From assembly GCA_913050195.1 (NCBI GenBank), contig CAJXBJ010000002.1, positions 1,818 to 65,817 of the forward strand: 64,000 nucleotides of DNA, in the 5' to 3' direction. The notes beneath the pieces were generated by a model. That model saw only the letters and a program-made list of their open reading frames with translations, did not search any database and was not told the origin of the DNA. Both the position numbers and the translations under genes were made by a program. Positions 46,701-57,867 of the stretch are shown piece after piece. How positions within the stretch are numbered: the first letter of the stretch is position 1; every line of letters starts with the position of its first letter. Source of the DNA: an uncultured Saprospirales bacterium (GTDB lineage: Bacteria > Bacteroidota > Bacteroidia > Chitinophagales > CAJXBJ01).

Positions 46701-46826
46701 TTTATTTATTTATATGAAATATAAATGTAATGTTTTTAATTAAAAAAACATCTATCTAAGAAAGCATAATATAAATGAGTTTATTATCGCTCAAAAGACC
46801 TAAATTTGTGGCTTATTACTTGAATA

Positions 46827-48659
46827 ATGGCCGATAAAACAATTGAATTAGAAAAAGTTGTAGTAAAATTTGCTGGAGACTCTGGTGATGGCATGCAACT
46901 TACTGGAACCCAGTTCACCGAGACGTCTGCACTTTTTGGAAACGACGTAGCCACTTTCCCTGATTTCCCAGCGGAAATTAGAGCGCCTCAAGGCACAGTG
47001 GCTGGTGTATCAGGCTTTCAAGTGCATATTGGGCGCATTGAGATTAATACACCAGGTGATGCTGCCGATGTTTTAATTGCGATGAATCCAGCAGCTTTAA
47101 AGTCTAACATACCTCAGTTAGAAAAGGGAAAAACAATAATTGTTGATATTGATACATTCAAAAGAAAAGATTTTGAAAAGGCTAAGTTTGACGGGAACCC
47201 ACTTGAAGATGGCACATTAAACGATTTTAAAATTATTGAGGCTCCTATTTCTTCTATCACAAGGGAAAGTCTAAAGGACATGGGCATGGATAATAAGAGC
47301 ATGATGCGCTGTAAAAACATGTTTGCCTTAGGTATGGTATATTGGATGTTTTCAAAACCTTTAGATAATACTATAGAATTCTTAAACCGCAAGTTTAAGA
47401 ATAAACAGCTTATTATTGATGCCAATATTAAAACCCTCAAAGCAGGTTATCATTTTGCAGAGACCATTGAAGCTTTGCCTTCAGCCTATTCTGTTCTACC
47501 TGCAGATCTTAAAAAAGGTACTTATAGAAGCATTACTGGAAATCAAGCAACTGCATGGGGATTCTTAGCAGCCTCCGAAAACTCTGGAAGACCATTATTT
47601 CTAGGATCCTACCCTATTACACCAGCTTCAGATGTACTGCATGAGCTCTCAAAACACAAGCACTTTGGAGTTACATCTTTTCAGGCTGAAGATGAAATTG
47701 CAGGTGTTTCTTCAGCACTAGGCGCAAGCTATGCTGGAAATTTAGCAATCACTACAACTTCAGGACCTGGTTTAGCTTTGAAGTCAGAAGCAATTGGCTT
47801 GGCAGTTATGACAGAACTTCCATTAGTAGTTGTAGATATTCAAAGAGGTGGACCATCAACAGGCTTACCTACTAAAACTGAACAATCAGATTTACTACAA
47901 GCATTATATGGTAGAAATGGTGAAAGTCCTACTATTGTTATTGCAGGAAGTACGCCATCTAATTGCTTTGATTATGCCTACCAGGCTGCTAAATTAGCAA
48001 TGGAACATGTTACTCCTGTAATTTTATTAACGGATGGCTACATTGCCAATGGCGCTGAGCCATGGAAAATACCTCAAATTAATGAGCTAGCAGAAATAAA
48101 GCCAAATTTTGCAATAGAAGGTACTGAAAATTGGCAGCCTTACGCCAGAGATGAGAGAAAGCTAGCTAGAGAATGGGCTATACCAGGGATGAAAGGCTTA
48201 GAACATAGAATTGGAGGACTAGAGAAGGAAGATATTACAGGCAATGTATGCTATCTACCAGATAATCATGAAAAAATGTGTAATATTCGTCAGGAAAAAG
48301 TGAATCGGGTATCAGAATTCATACCTGAACAAGAAATTTACGGTGATGATTCAGGCGATTTATTAATCGTTGGCTGGGGAGGCACTTATGGTCACTTATA
48401 TTCTGCGGTTAAAAAAATGCGTGAAAATGGAAAATCTATTTCACTAGCACATTTTAATTATATCAACCCATTACCAAAAAACACTCAGGCTGTTTTTTCT
48501 AAGTTTAAAAAAGTACTAGTCTGTGAATTAAATCTTGGTCAATTTTCAAATTATCTTCAGTCTAAATTCCCTGATATTTATTTTGAAAAATATAATAAGG
48601 TACAAGGGTTTCCTTTTGCTGTACATGAATTGATCACAGAATTTGAATCTAAAATATAA
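46827..48659 (+). CDS. korA: 2-oxoglutarate(2-oxoacid):ferredoxin oxidoreductase alpha subunit
   Basis: 'KFAGDSGDGMQLTG…FPAEIRAP' and 'SYPITPASD' are typical of the fused KorA of aerobic Bacteroidota. Confidence 0.85.
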   Translation: MADKTIELEKVVVKFAGDSGDGMQLTGTQFTETSALFGNDVATFPDFPAEIRAPQGTVAGVSGFQVHIGRIEINTPGDAADVLIAMNPAALKSNIPQLEKGKTIIVDIDTFKRKDFEKAKFDGNPLEDGTLNDFKIIEAPISSITRESLKDMGMDNKSMMRCKNMFALGMVYWMFSKPLDNTIEFLNRKFKNKQLIIDANIKTLKAGYHFAETIEALPSAYSVLPADLKKGTYRSITGNQATAWGFLAASENSGRPLFLGSYPITPASDVLHELSKHKHFGVTSFQAEDEIAGVSSALGASYAGNLAITTTSGPGLALKSEAIGLAVMTELPLVVVDIQRGGPSTGLPTKTEQSDLLQALYGRNGESPTIVIAGSTPSNCFDYAYQAAKLAMEHVTPVILLTDGYIANGAEPWKIPQINELAEIKPNFAIEGTENWQPYARDERKLAREWAIPGMKGLEHRIGGLEKEDITGNVCYLPDNHEKMCNIRQEKVNRVSEFIPEQEIYGDDSGDLLIVGWGGTYGHLYSAVKKMRENGKSISLAHFNYINPLPKNTQAVFSKFKKVLVCELNLGQFSNYLQSKFPDIYFEKYNKVQGFPFAVHELITEFESKI

Positions 48660-48662
48660 GAT

Positions 48663-49682
48663 ATGTCTGAAGTCCAAAATCCAACTTTAACTCATAAAGA
48701 TTTTTCAAGTGACCAGGATGTAAGATGGTGTCCAGGATGTGGAGACTATGCAATTCTTAAAGCCATGCAACGTGCTTTGCCAAGCATGAATAACAAGAAA
48801 GAAAATTTTGTATTTATATCAGGTATAGGCTGCTCTTCCCGTTTTCCTTACTACATGAACACATACGGCTTCCATACAATACATGGTCGAGCTCCAGCTA
48901 TTGCAACTGGAACTAAATTAGCAAACCCCGAATTAAGTGTTTGGCAAATAACAGGCGATGGGGATGCATTAGCAATTGGTGGCAATCATTTCATACATGC
49001 ACTAAGACGAAATATTGATATCAATATTATGCTGTTTAATAATGAGATTTATGGACTCACTAAAGGTCAATTCTCTCCTACTTCTAAAACTGGTATTAAA
49101 ACTAAATCTTCGCCTCAAGGAACTACGGATCAACCATTTAGTCCAGGAGAACTTGCAATGGGAGCTCAAGCGTCCTATTTCGCTAGAGTGGTAGATACTG
49201 ATTTAAAGCTAATGGAGGCCACTTTTATTCAAGCAGAAAAATATAAAGGCACTAGCTTAATAGAAATTCTTCAAAACTGTCCTATTTTCAATGATAAAAC
49301 GCATAGTGATATCACAGGAAAAGATGTAAAGCTAGATGCTCAGCTTATTCTAGAACATGGGCAACCAATGATCTTTGGTAAAGAAAAGAATAAGGGATTA
49401 ATTTTAGATGGATTTGAACTAAAGGTCGTAGAGATCGGAAAAAATAACGTTGCTGAAAAAGATATATTAGTGCATGACAAATATAATCCAAACCCTATAT
49501 TGCATACAATGCTAATAAGAATGCGCCCCCCTTATTTCCCAGTGGCATTAGGCGTTATAAGAGAGGCACCTAGAGAATCATTTAATCAAGGTATTTCTCG
49601 TCAAATATACGAGGCAAAAGAGGCTAGCCACTTCAGTAATGTTCAAGATCTATTAAACAGCGGAGATACCTGGAAAATTTAA
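48663..49682 (+). CDS. korB: 2-oxoglutarate(2-oxoacid):ferredoxin oxidoreductase beta subunit (TPP-binding)
   Basis: 'WCPGCGDYAIL', 'SGIGCSSRFPYY' and 'TGDGDALAIGGNH'. Confidence 0.9.
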   Translation: MSEVQNPTLTHKDFSSDQDVRWCPGCGDYAILKAMQRALPSMNNKKENFVFISGIGCSSRFPYYMNTYGFHTIHGRAPAIATGTKLANPELSVWQITGDGDALAIGGNHFIHALRRNIDINIMLFNNEIYGLTKGQFSPTSKTGIKTKSSPQGTTDQPFSPGELAMGAQASYFARVVDTDLKLMEATFIQAEKYKGTSLIEILQNCPIFNDKTHSDITGKDVKLDAQLILEHGQPMIFGKEKNKGLILDGFELKVVEIGKNNVAEKDILVHDKYNPNPILHTMLIRMRPPYFPVALGVIREAPRESFNQGISRQIYEAKEASHFSNVQDLLNSGDTWKI

Positions 49683-49724
49683 AGTGGTTTCTTGCCTTCA
49701 AAAAGCCTATTTTTGAAGGTAATA

Positions 49725-52700
49725 ATGAATTTTAATCCTCTTTTTAATTGCTTCAAAGTTCTTCTAATTATTTTAGGAATGGGTGCTTATTTACTAAATG
49801 CCCAGATAGAATTAAAATCCATTGTTGATAAGAGCGAAACAGTTGGCGCTTTTTTTAGCTCTTATGAATATGGGTGCAACTATCAAGGGCAGCTGAAAAT
49901 GAGTATAAAGGTAAAGCCTGACGACCACTTTAATGCCTTTTCTATTGGATGGAGCAGTGATGAAAGCGCATTAAATCCCGAAGATTTTCACATTGAATTT
50001 AGATTTAAAAATAAGCAAGGGAAATGGCAAAAATGGCAAGAAACACATGGTCATTTAAGGCCTGAAGATTCACCATCATCTCTTTATTGGGCACACCCCC
50101 AGCATAGTGACTTTTTCGAAAAAATGCAGGAAATTGAGTTTGTTTTTGCAAACACCAAACAACTGAATATCAATGCATTAAGAGTTGATGTTTGCAATAT
50201 TGAATCAAGTAAGAACAAAGACAAATACAATATAAAAAAGCGCTCTAATAGCTGTCCAAGCCAACCCTACATTATTCCGAGAAGTGATTGGTGGGGTACG
50301 CTAGATCCAGATGAATTAAGCTATCCAAATGCAAATAACTCAAAAGCTCCAGCCTATAATATCAACACAACACATGCATATATTCATCACGGCGCATCTT
50401 CAAATAATTACAGCGATGGTGCTGATGTAGCTCGCTTTTACTGGACATTACATGTCAACTCTAATGGATGGAAAGATATTGGCTATAATTATTTGGTTGA
50501 TCGCTTTGGAAACTTATACATTGCTCGACACAATCCTAATTTCCCTAATGAGGACGTATGGGGAGCTCACACTAGCTCATCAAACCCATATTCCTTTGCA
50601 ATTTGCTTTATGGGCAACTTTGAGGATGAATACCCTCCAGACAGCATGGTTGATGCCGCCATAGATATGTTAGCCTATAAATGTAATTTAAGAGGATTAA
50701 GCCCCATCTCGACTGGTTTTATCGTTTCGGATACAATTGATATCATATCAGGCCATAGAGATGCACCAGGTTCAGCTACGGCATGCCCAGGAGACTCGCT
50801 TCATAGCCTCTTAAGTCAAATACGTTTAAGTATTCAAGCTAAATTAGATAGCTGTCAAAATAATGCTATTGATGACAACCCACCGCTAACTAATCTTGAT
50901 AGCAGTACTGTTTGGCTAAGCTCAGATAGCAACATTAAAATTGATGATATTGATCAAGAATCTGGAATACTTCATGGTTTTTATTTAGCTTCTTATGTAG
51001 ACAGTATGGGAAAAACAGCCAATTCAAATAATGGCTTTTTATATGATGATTTTGAGATTCAGCGTCCTGAGTGGATAGACTATTCATCGCATTGGACCTT
51101 TAGCAACAATAAACTTTGGAACAGCGGTTCAACCGCAACAAATACTAAAGTTTATAGTAATTTCTTTATTGACTCAAGCAAAAGCTATTTATTTAACTAT
51201 AGTGCTCTAGTAAATAACTCTAAACCAAATAGTTTATTAAAATTCTACTTCGGTATAGATTCTGCACACTTGAGTAATGGCTATGAGGGTTATTGCTTAG
51301 CAATTCATGAAGATAGCAATCTAGTCAAATTGTGCAAAATAGAAAACAATTCTATAGATGTTGTCCATTCAAAAAATTATGGATTAGGGGTTAATTTCTA
51401 TCACGATATTAAGATTATTTGGGACATCCCGTCAGGTCATATAGCTTTATATGTGGATGATAACTTCTTATTTAATTGGCAAGATGGGAATCGAAAAACA
51501 AATGGCTCATATTTGGCTTTTTCTACAGATTCCTTAAAATCTAGCATTGATTTTCTTAAGATTTATAAATCTAGAAACTCCGTTGGAGATTTAACAATTG
51601 GAGCACATCCTTCAAAAGACATAAGAAGCCAAAATCAAACCCCAGCTTCACCATCAGCATGCATTTATTCTTTGGCAGTAGATGCGGCCTATAACCTTTC
51701 GGCATTAGATAGTGTACTTTTAAATATAGATTGGACAGCTCCAGATATTATTTCATGGATTAATGATGGCAGTAACATAGGATTGGATTTGGATACCGCA
51801 AATGGCTTTAATTATTTCAGCGCCCATTGGAGCCGTGGAATAGATGAAAACTCAAGTATTCATTCTTATGAATACTCTATTGGCTTATCTCCACTTTCGG
51901 ATAATTTAAAGGCCTGGACAAATGTAGGTTTAGATACTTTTGCAACAGATAGCTTTTTAAACACCGTTCATTTACAACCAATTTATTTTAACATTAGATC
52001 AAAAAATGAAGTAGGATTAATTTCAGATGCCCATCATTCGAATGGGCAGATTATCATGTGGCCGGCAGCTCAATCTAACTTTGCATTAGACTCTTTAAGT
52101 ATGTGCTTCGGAGATTCTTTAGCTGTGCGAAACAATGCTCGCTATTTTGATTCAATAGTATGGGTACTCGACAAGGCAACATTACTTTCTACCAATGATA
52201 GCATTCAATGGACTCAATTTGATTCTAGTGGAAGTTATTCTTTATATCAAATGGTTTTTGGACCAGGAGGAAATGACTTCACTAATCAAAATATTTACAT
52301 TGATGTATATCCTAAACCTTTGGCCAGTTTTGATATTCTTGACAGCCTATTATCAGAAGGAGATCCAATCGCTCTATTTAATAACTACTCGGAAGGCGGT
52401 GATAGATATATTTGGAGCTTTGGAGATGGAAAAAGCAGTTCTGATTTTCAACCATGGCATAAGTATGAATCTAGTGGTATATACGATATCCAACTAATAG
52501 TTGAATCTGATTACTGTGGCTCAGATACATTGACCAAGTATGCCTTTGTAACAGTAAATACTAATATTTCAGAACAAGAAAGCAAATTTCCATTTTACAT
52601 TTTAGACAATGTCCTCCAATTTAATAATATAGATGACAATTATCAGTGTCTTATATGGAGCACCCAAGGTCAATTATTATTTGATGAATCTGTTAATAGT

Positions 52701-52805
52701 AAGAGTATTTCACTTAACAATATCATCCCAAGCCAAGGACTCTATTTCATTCAAATAAGAAACAATTCAAGTCATCATAAATATTTAATTAAATACATTA
52801 AATAG
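49725..52805 (+). CDS. Large secreted protein with PGRP/Amidase_2 (N-acetylmuramoyl-L-alanine amidase) domain, PKD domain and a degenerate T9SS type-A-like CTD
   Basis: 'YIHHGASS…GWKDIGYNYLVDRFGNLYIAR…ISGHRDAPGSATACPG' gives the Zn ligands. PKD motif 'WSFGDGKSS…GIYDIQL'. The signal peptide starts at the ATG at 49725. Confidence 0.8.
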   Translation: MNFNPLFNCFKVLLIILGMGAYLLNAQIELKSIVDKSETVGAFFSSYEYGCNYQGQLKMSIKVKPDDHFNAFSIGWSSDESALNPEDFHIEFRFKNKQGKWQKWQETHGHLRPEDSPSSLYWAHPQHSDFFEKMQEIEFVFANTKQLNINALRVDVCNIESSKNKDKYNIKKRSNSCPSQPYIIPRSDWWGTLDPDELSYPNANNSKAPAYNINTTHAYIHHGASSNNYSDGADVARFYWTLHVNSNGWKDIGYNYLVDRFGNLYIARHNPNFPNEDVWGAHTSSSNPYSFAICFMGNFEDEYPPDSMVDAAIDMLAYKCNLRGLSPISTGFIVSDTIDIISGHRDAPGSATACPGDSLHSLLSQIRLSIQAKLDSCQNNAIDDNPPLTNLDSSTVWLSSDSNIKIDDIDQESGILHGFYLASYVDSMGKTANSNNGFLYDDFEIQRPEWIDYSSHWTFSNNKLWNSGSTATNTKVYSNFFIDSSKSYLFNYSALVNNSKPNSLLKFYFGIDSAHLSNGYEGYCLAIHEDSNLVKLCKIENNSIDVVHSKNYGLGVNFYHDIKIIWDIPSGHIALYVDDNFLFNWQDGNRKTNGSYLAFSTDSLKSSIDFLKIYKSRNSVGDLTIGAHPSKDIRSQNQTPASPSACIYSLAVDAAYNLSALDSVLLNIDWTAPDIISWINDGSNIGLDLDTANGFNYFSAHWSRGIDENSSIHSYEYSIGLSPLSDNLKAWTNVGLDTFATDSFLNTVHLQPIYFNIRSKNEVGLISDAHHSNGQIIMWPAAQSNFALDSLSMCFGDSLAVRNNARYFDSIVWVLDKATLLSTNDSIQWTQFDSSGSYSLYQMVFGPGGNDFTNQNIYIDVYPKPLASFDILDSLLSEGDPIALFNNYSEGGDRYIWSFGDGKSSSDFQPWHKYESSGIYDIQLIVESDYCGSDTLTKYAFVTVNTNISEQESKFPFYILDNVLQFNNIDDNYQCLIWSTQGQLLFDESVNSKSISLNNIIPSQGLYFIQIRNNSSHHKYLIKYIK

Positions 52806-52810
52806 AAAGC

Positions 52811-53059
52811 ATGAATAAGCAAAAGGTTTATTGGAGTAAAAATTTAAAATACATAGGTGTTTTGATGAGCATTTGGTTTGTTGTTTCTTTTGGTTGTGGA
52901 ATACTTTTAAAAGATTTTCTTAACAATTATCAATTAGGCGGATTCAAACTTGGATTTTGGTTTGCACAGCAAGGTGCTATCTATGTGTTTGTCCTTTTGA
53001 TTTTCATATATGTACTGCTAATGAATCGTCTAGACAAAGACTTTGAATTAGAAGAATAA
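52811..53059 (+). CDS. DUF4212 small membrane subunit of a Na+/solute symporter
   Basis: An 82-aa protein with 2 TM helices. 'YWSKNLKYIGVLMSIWFVVSFG' is typical, and it is always found just upstream of its symporter partner. Confidence 0.8.
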   Translation: MNKQKVYWSKNLKYIGVLMSIWFVVSFGCGILLKDFLNNYQLGGFKLGFWFAQQGAIYVFVLLIFIYVLLMNRLDKDFELEE

Positions 53060-53063
53060 GGCT

Positions 53064-54737
53064 ATGGATATTCAAACTTGGACCTATATTATTGTTGGAC
53101 TTACATTTACCCTATACATAGGCATTGCTATTTGGACAAGGGTAGGTACTACAAAAGGCTTTTATGTAGCAGGTGGCGGGGTTTCTCCTTTGGCTAATGG
53201 AATGGCCACAGCTGCAGATTGGATGTCTGCTGCATCATTTATATCAATGGCTGGTCTGATATCTTTTATGGGATATGATGGCTCTGTATACCTAATGGGT
53301 TGGACAGGGGGTTATGTTTTACTTGCACTTTTGCTTGCCCCATATTTAAGAAAGTTTGGGAAATTTACTGTGCCTGATTTCATCGGAGATAGATATTATT
53401 CAAATTATGCGCGTAGTGTTGCGGTCATTTGCGCTCTATTTGTCTCTTTTACATATGTTGCTGGCCAAATGCGAGGTGTTGGTGTTGTGTTTTCAAGATT
53501 TCTAGAGGTTGATATTAATCTTGGTGTTATTTTAGGTACTGGCATTGTTTTTTTCTATGCCGTAATGGGGGGCATGAAAGGGATAACATATACTCAAGTG
53601 GCCCAATATTGTGTGCTAATTTTCGCTTTTATGGTGCCTGCAATATTTATTTCCATTATGATGACTGGCAACCCCATACCCCAATTAGGTTTTGGAGATC
53701 AACTAAGTGACGGAACATATTTATTAGATAAATTAGATGGCCTACATGCTGAACTTGGTTTTGCTGCGTATACAGATGGCAGTAAATCCTTGATAGATGT
53801 CTTCTTTATAACTGCGGCACTTATGGTAGGCACTGCAGGCCTACCCCATGTTATTGTTCGATTTTTTACAGTACCTAAAGTAAAGGATGCTAGAATATCT
53901 GCGGGCTATGCTTTAGTTTTCATTGCAATATTATATACTACAGCACCTGCTATTTCTGCTTTTGCAAGAACAAATCTTATTGAGACAATTCATAACAAAC
54001 CTTATGATAAGCTTCCTTCGTGGGTGATAAATTGGAAAAAAACTGGATTAATAGAATTTAAGGATAAAAATAGAGATGGAATTGTTCAGTATTTAGGAGA
54101 TTTATCAAAAAATGAAGTCAAAATAGATAAAGACATTATTGTGCTTGCAAATCCAGAAATTGCTAAACTTCCAAATTGGGTAATCGCTCTAGTTGCTGCC
54201 GGAGGATTAGCTGCAGCACTTTCCACTGCAGCAGGACTTTTACTTGTTATATCAACTTCTGTTGCCCATGATATCATTAAAAAACAATGGAAGCCAAATA
54301 TATCTGAAAAAGAAGAGTTAATGTGGGCACGTATATCAGCAGGCGGAGCTGTTATAATTGCAGCTTATTTTGGAATTAATCCACCAGATTATGTTGCGGC
54401 TACAGTAGCTCTTGCTTTTGGGCTTGCAGCAGCTTCTTTCTTTCCGGCCATAGTATTAGGTGTATTCTTTAAACGAATGAATAAAGAAGGTGCAATAAGC
54501 GGTATGATTGCCGGTTTATTATTTACTATCTTCTACATATTGAAGTTTAAATTTGGTCTTCTTGGTGGGGGAAATCAAAATGATTGGTGGTTTGGGATAT
54601 CACCTGAAGGAATTGGGACTTTAGGCATGCTTATAAATCTTTTTACAGCTCTAGTAATAATGAAATTCACACCACCACCCCCAAATGAGGTTCAAAAAAT
54701 CGTTGAAAACATAAGAATTCCTGAAAAAATTGACTAA
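53064..54737 (+). CDS. Sodium:solute symporter family transporter (VC_2705/ActP-like)
   Basis: About 13 TM helices. 'GGGVSPLANGMATAADWMSAASFIS' and 'GLPHVIVRFFT'. Confidence 0.9.
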   Translation: MDIQTWTYIIVGLTFTLYIGIAIWTRVGTTKGFYVAGGGVSPLANGMATAADWMSAASFISMAGLISFMGYDGSVYLMGWTGGYVLLALLLAPYLRKFGKFTVPDFIGDRYYSNYARSVAVICALFVSFTYVAGQMRGVGVVFSRFLEVDINLGVILGTGIVFFYAVMGGMKGITYTQVAQYCVLIFAFMVPAIFISIMMTGNPIPQLGFGDQLSDGTYLLDKLDGLHAELGFAAYTDGSKSLIDVFFITAALMVGTAGLPHVIVRFFTVPKVKDARISAGYALVFIAILYTTAPAISAFARTNLIETIHNKPYDKLPSWVINWKKTGLIEFKDKNRDGIVQYLGDLSKNEVKIDKDIIVLANPEIAKLPNWVIALVAAGGLAAALSTAAGLLLVISTSVAHDIIKKQWKPNISEKEELMWARISAGGAVIIAAYFGINPPDYVAATVALAFGLAAASFFPAIVLGVFFKRMNKEGAISGMIAGLLFTIFYILKFKFGLLGGGNQNDWWFGISPEGIGTLGMLINLFTALVIMKFTPPPPNEVQKIVENIRIPEKID

Positions 54738-54837
54738 ATTCCTTGAAATTTGGTCGTATTTGTCGTTTTACTTTCATTCCACATTTACTAAATTCACTGA
54801 ATATTAGATTGAATAATTGTATTTTTATATTGATTAT

Positions 54838-57800
54838 ATGTTAAAAACAATAAGATTAATTAGCTTATTCCTACTATTGATAGGCTCATCAAATACACTT
54901 AAGGCGACGCATGCTATGGCTATTGATATGTACTATGAATATCTTGGACTCAATACTTATAATTTTTATGTAAAATTTTATAGAGATTGTGATGGCGCAA
55001 GCGCTCCAACTTCTGTAAATATTTCATTTGAATCCAATAGCTGCTCTAACTTTAATAAGACTCTGTATAAAGTGAGTGGTCCAGTAGAAGTTTCTCAGCT
55101 TTGCCCAACGGCTTTAAGTTCAAGCACTTGCGCAAACTCATTTTCAGGTACATATCCAGGCACTCAGGAGTATATATATTCTGCAACCATCAATTTAACT
55201 TCAGCTCAAGCAGCCTGTAGCGACTGGATAGTACATTACAATTTATGTTGTAGAAATAGTGCGGTAAGCAATTTAGCATCTGCTAGTTCTCATGATATTT
55301 ATTGTGAAATAAGCTTCAATCCTAATATACAAAACACATCTGTACAATACAGTAATATTCCTATTTTATATGGTTGCGTGGGGCAACAGTTATGTTTTAA
55401 TCAAGGAGCAAGTGATAGCGACTTAGATAGCTTATCTTATGAATTAGTTACGACAAAGGGTGATTTTGGAAATGCTATGACATTTTCATCAGGCTTAAGC
55501 ATATCTAATCCAGTTGAATCCAACAACACCTTCAATTTTAATACAGCAACAGGACAAATCTGCTTTACACCAAGTCAAGCACAATTTGATGTACTTACGA
55601 TTAAAACAACAGAATGGCGAATTATAGGCGGAGTTTATACTGAAGTTGGATTCTCAACTAGAGATGTCCAAATAATAGTAATTGCGTCTTGTGGGGCTTT
55701 AAACGTTGGCAATCCCGTAAGTGGCTTTAACCTGACTTCGGGGAATCAAATTGACAGCATTACATTGGGTGTATGTGCTGGAAACACGATTAGCTTTAAC
55801 ATGATTGTTTCCGACCCAGACACAAACATAAGTTATTCTGTTTCATCAAATGGAACCTCTGCAACTCCTGGAGCTATCGTAAACATATCTGGATCAAATC
55901 CTGTAATCGTCAATTATAGCTGGACACCGCCGGCCAATGCAGCAGGACAATATACTCTAAGTATGGTAATTGATAATATGGACTGCCCTATCCCTCAGGT
56001 TTCTTATTCAACTTATACCATTAGCGTACAGGAAGATTTAGTTGTAAACATAAGTGATACGACAATTTGTGGTAATTCTGCATTACTTGATGCCTCATAT
56101 CCAGATGCTAACTATCTATGGAGTACAGGCCAGACTGACTCAATGATTACTGTAAACAGTAGTGGTCTATATTGGGTTAATGCGACAAAAGGAAATTGTA
56201 GTATTCGAGACAGTGCGCAAGTCATTTTTGATTCAACACCAAATACGGACTTTTCATATATACCAAACTGCCAATTATCCACAACGAGTTTTACTGACCT
56301 AAGCTCCAATGTTGCCACGTCTTGGGAATGGGATTTTGGTGATGGATCAACTTCGAATAGCCAAAGCCCAAACCATATATATCAGAATCCAGGGATATAT
56401 AACGTTACATTAATAAGTAGTTCAACTAATGGTTGTGAGGATACTATTTCTAAAACTGTAAATATTGAAGCTCCATTTACTATAGATTTAGGTCCAGACA
56501 CTTCGCAATGTACCGGCTCTATACCATTAGATGCCACATTACCTTTATCGGGACTTAATTATGATTGGAGTAATGGTAGCACTAGCTCTAATATTACGGC
56601 TTCAAGCAGTGGCTTGTACTGGGTTGAAGTAGAAAAAAACGGATGTAAAGATAGAGATAGCATACAAATAGATATTTACCCGGCCCCAAACCCAAACTTT
56701 TCATTTAATGGAGGATGTGAAGGTGAGCCAGTAATTTTCACAGATCTTTCAACTGCAAATATAAGTTCATGGCATTGGGACTTTGGTGACAATACGGTTA
56801 CAACTCAACAAAACCCTATACACACCTATGCTAACCCAGGTCTATATGGTGTATTATTAAACGTAACAGACATAAATGGATGCTCTGCAATTTATACTGG
56901 TAATGTAAATATTGACACCTCTTTTCAAATCTCGGCATCGAATGATACTACTTTGTGTGCAGACAACTTTAATATCAGCGCAAATGGACCAAGCGGCTCA
57001 AATTATTTTTGGTCAAATAATTCATCAACATCAACGGCAACCATTAATACTAGTGGCACCTATACTGTAACCGTAAGCAAGGGAAGTTGCTCAAGAACAG
57101 CAGATGTAACGGTTAATTTATTAGATTTACCAAATGCTAGTTTTTATATTGTAGATTCTTGTGCATTCATTAATCATGCATTGATAAATACATCAACGTC
57201 CAATATTGTTTCAAGTTCTTGGACGCTTCCTGATAACAGCACATCTACGAGTGAAGACTTAAGCCATCAACTAAATCCTGGTGATAATACTGTTCAGCTT
57301 ATTGTGATTAATGGTGATGGATGTGCGGATACTTTGGTGAAAAATGTTCATATTTTATTGCCAGATTCAAATATTAATATCGGTGGAGACACTACTGTTT
57401 ATGAGAACTACCCTGCCTATCTTTATGCTAATGGAGGTTCATCTTACACATGGTCCCCAAGCAATACTTTGGACAACCCACTATCTTCTACACCAACAGC
57501 AACACCAACAGATACAACTTGGTATTATGTAGAAATCTTAGATGCTAATGGATGTTATCTTACAGATTCTGTATTGGTAGAAGTATTAGATCGATATGAG
57601 CTATTTATTCCTACAGCATTTAGTCCTAATGGAGATGGAAAAAATGAACTTTACCAAGTTCACGGGCACGGTGTAAAAGATTATGAAATTATGATTTTTG
57701 ACAGATGGGGTGAGATTATTTATACCTCGAATGATATTATGCAGACTTGGAATGGACAAATACGAGGAAAAGACTCCAATAGTGAAACTTTTGGATATTA

Positions 57801-57867
57801 CATTAAAGCAGTCTTCATGAATCATACTGAAGAAGAACACAAGGGTAAAATCACGATTTTAAAATGA
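54838..57867 (+). CDS. Multi-PKD adhesin-like protein with T9SS type-B (CHU_C) C-terminal domain
   Basis: Signal peptide from the ATG at 54838. Two PKD units ('WEWDFGDGSTS', 'WHWDFGDNT'). CTD 'FIPTAFSPNGDGKNELYQVHG…IFDRWGEIIY…WNG'. Confidence 0.85.
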   Translation: MLKTIRLISLFLLLIGSSNTLKATHAMAIDMYYEYLGLNTYNFYVKFYRDCDGASAPTSVNISFESNSCSNFNKTLYKVSGPVEVSQLCPTALSSSTCANSFSGTYPGTQEYIYSATINLTSAQAACSDWIVHYNLCCRNSAVSNLASASSHDIYCEISFNPNIQNTSVQYSNIPILYGCVGQQLCFNQGASDSDLDSLSYELVTTKGDFGNAMTFSSGLSISNPVESNNTFNFNTATGQICFTPSQAQFDVLTIKTTEWRIIGGVYTEVGFSTRDVQIIVIASCGALNVGNPVSGFNLTSGNQIDSITLGVCAGNTISFNMIVSDPDTNISYSVSSNGTSATPGAIVNISGSNPVIVNYSWTPPANAAGQYTLSMVIDNMDCPIPQVSYSTYTISVQEDLVVNISDTTICGNSALLDASYPDANYLWSTGQTDSMITVNSSGLYWVNATKGNCSIRDSAQVIFDSTPNTDFSYIPNCQLSTTSFTDLSSNVATSWEWDFGDGSTSNSQSPNHIYQNPGIYNVTLISSSTNGCEDTISKTVNIEAPFTIDLGPDTSQCTGSIPLDATLPLSGLNYDWSNGSTSSNITASSSGLYWVEVEKNGCKDRDSIQIDIYPAPNPNFSFNGGCEGEPVIFTDLSTANISSWHWDFGDNTVTTQQNPIHTYANPGLYGVLLNVTDINGCSAIYTGNVNIDTSFQISASNDTTLCADNFNISANGPSGSNYFWSNNSSTSTATINTSGTYTVTVSKGSCSRTADVTVNLLDLPNASFYIVDSCAFINHALINTSTSNIVSSSWTLPDNSTSTSEDLSHQLNPGDNTVQLIVINGDGCADTLVKNVHILLPDSNINIGGDTTVYENYPAYLYANGGSSYTWSPSNTLDNPLSSTPTATPTDTTWYYVEILDANGCYLTDSVLVEVLDRYELFIPTAFSPNGDGKNELYQVHGHGVKDYEIMIFDRWGEIIYTSNDIMQTWNGQIRGKDSNSETFGYYIKAVFMNHTEEEHKGKITILK

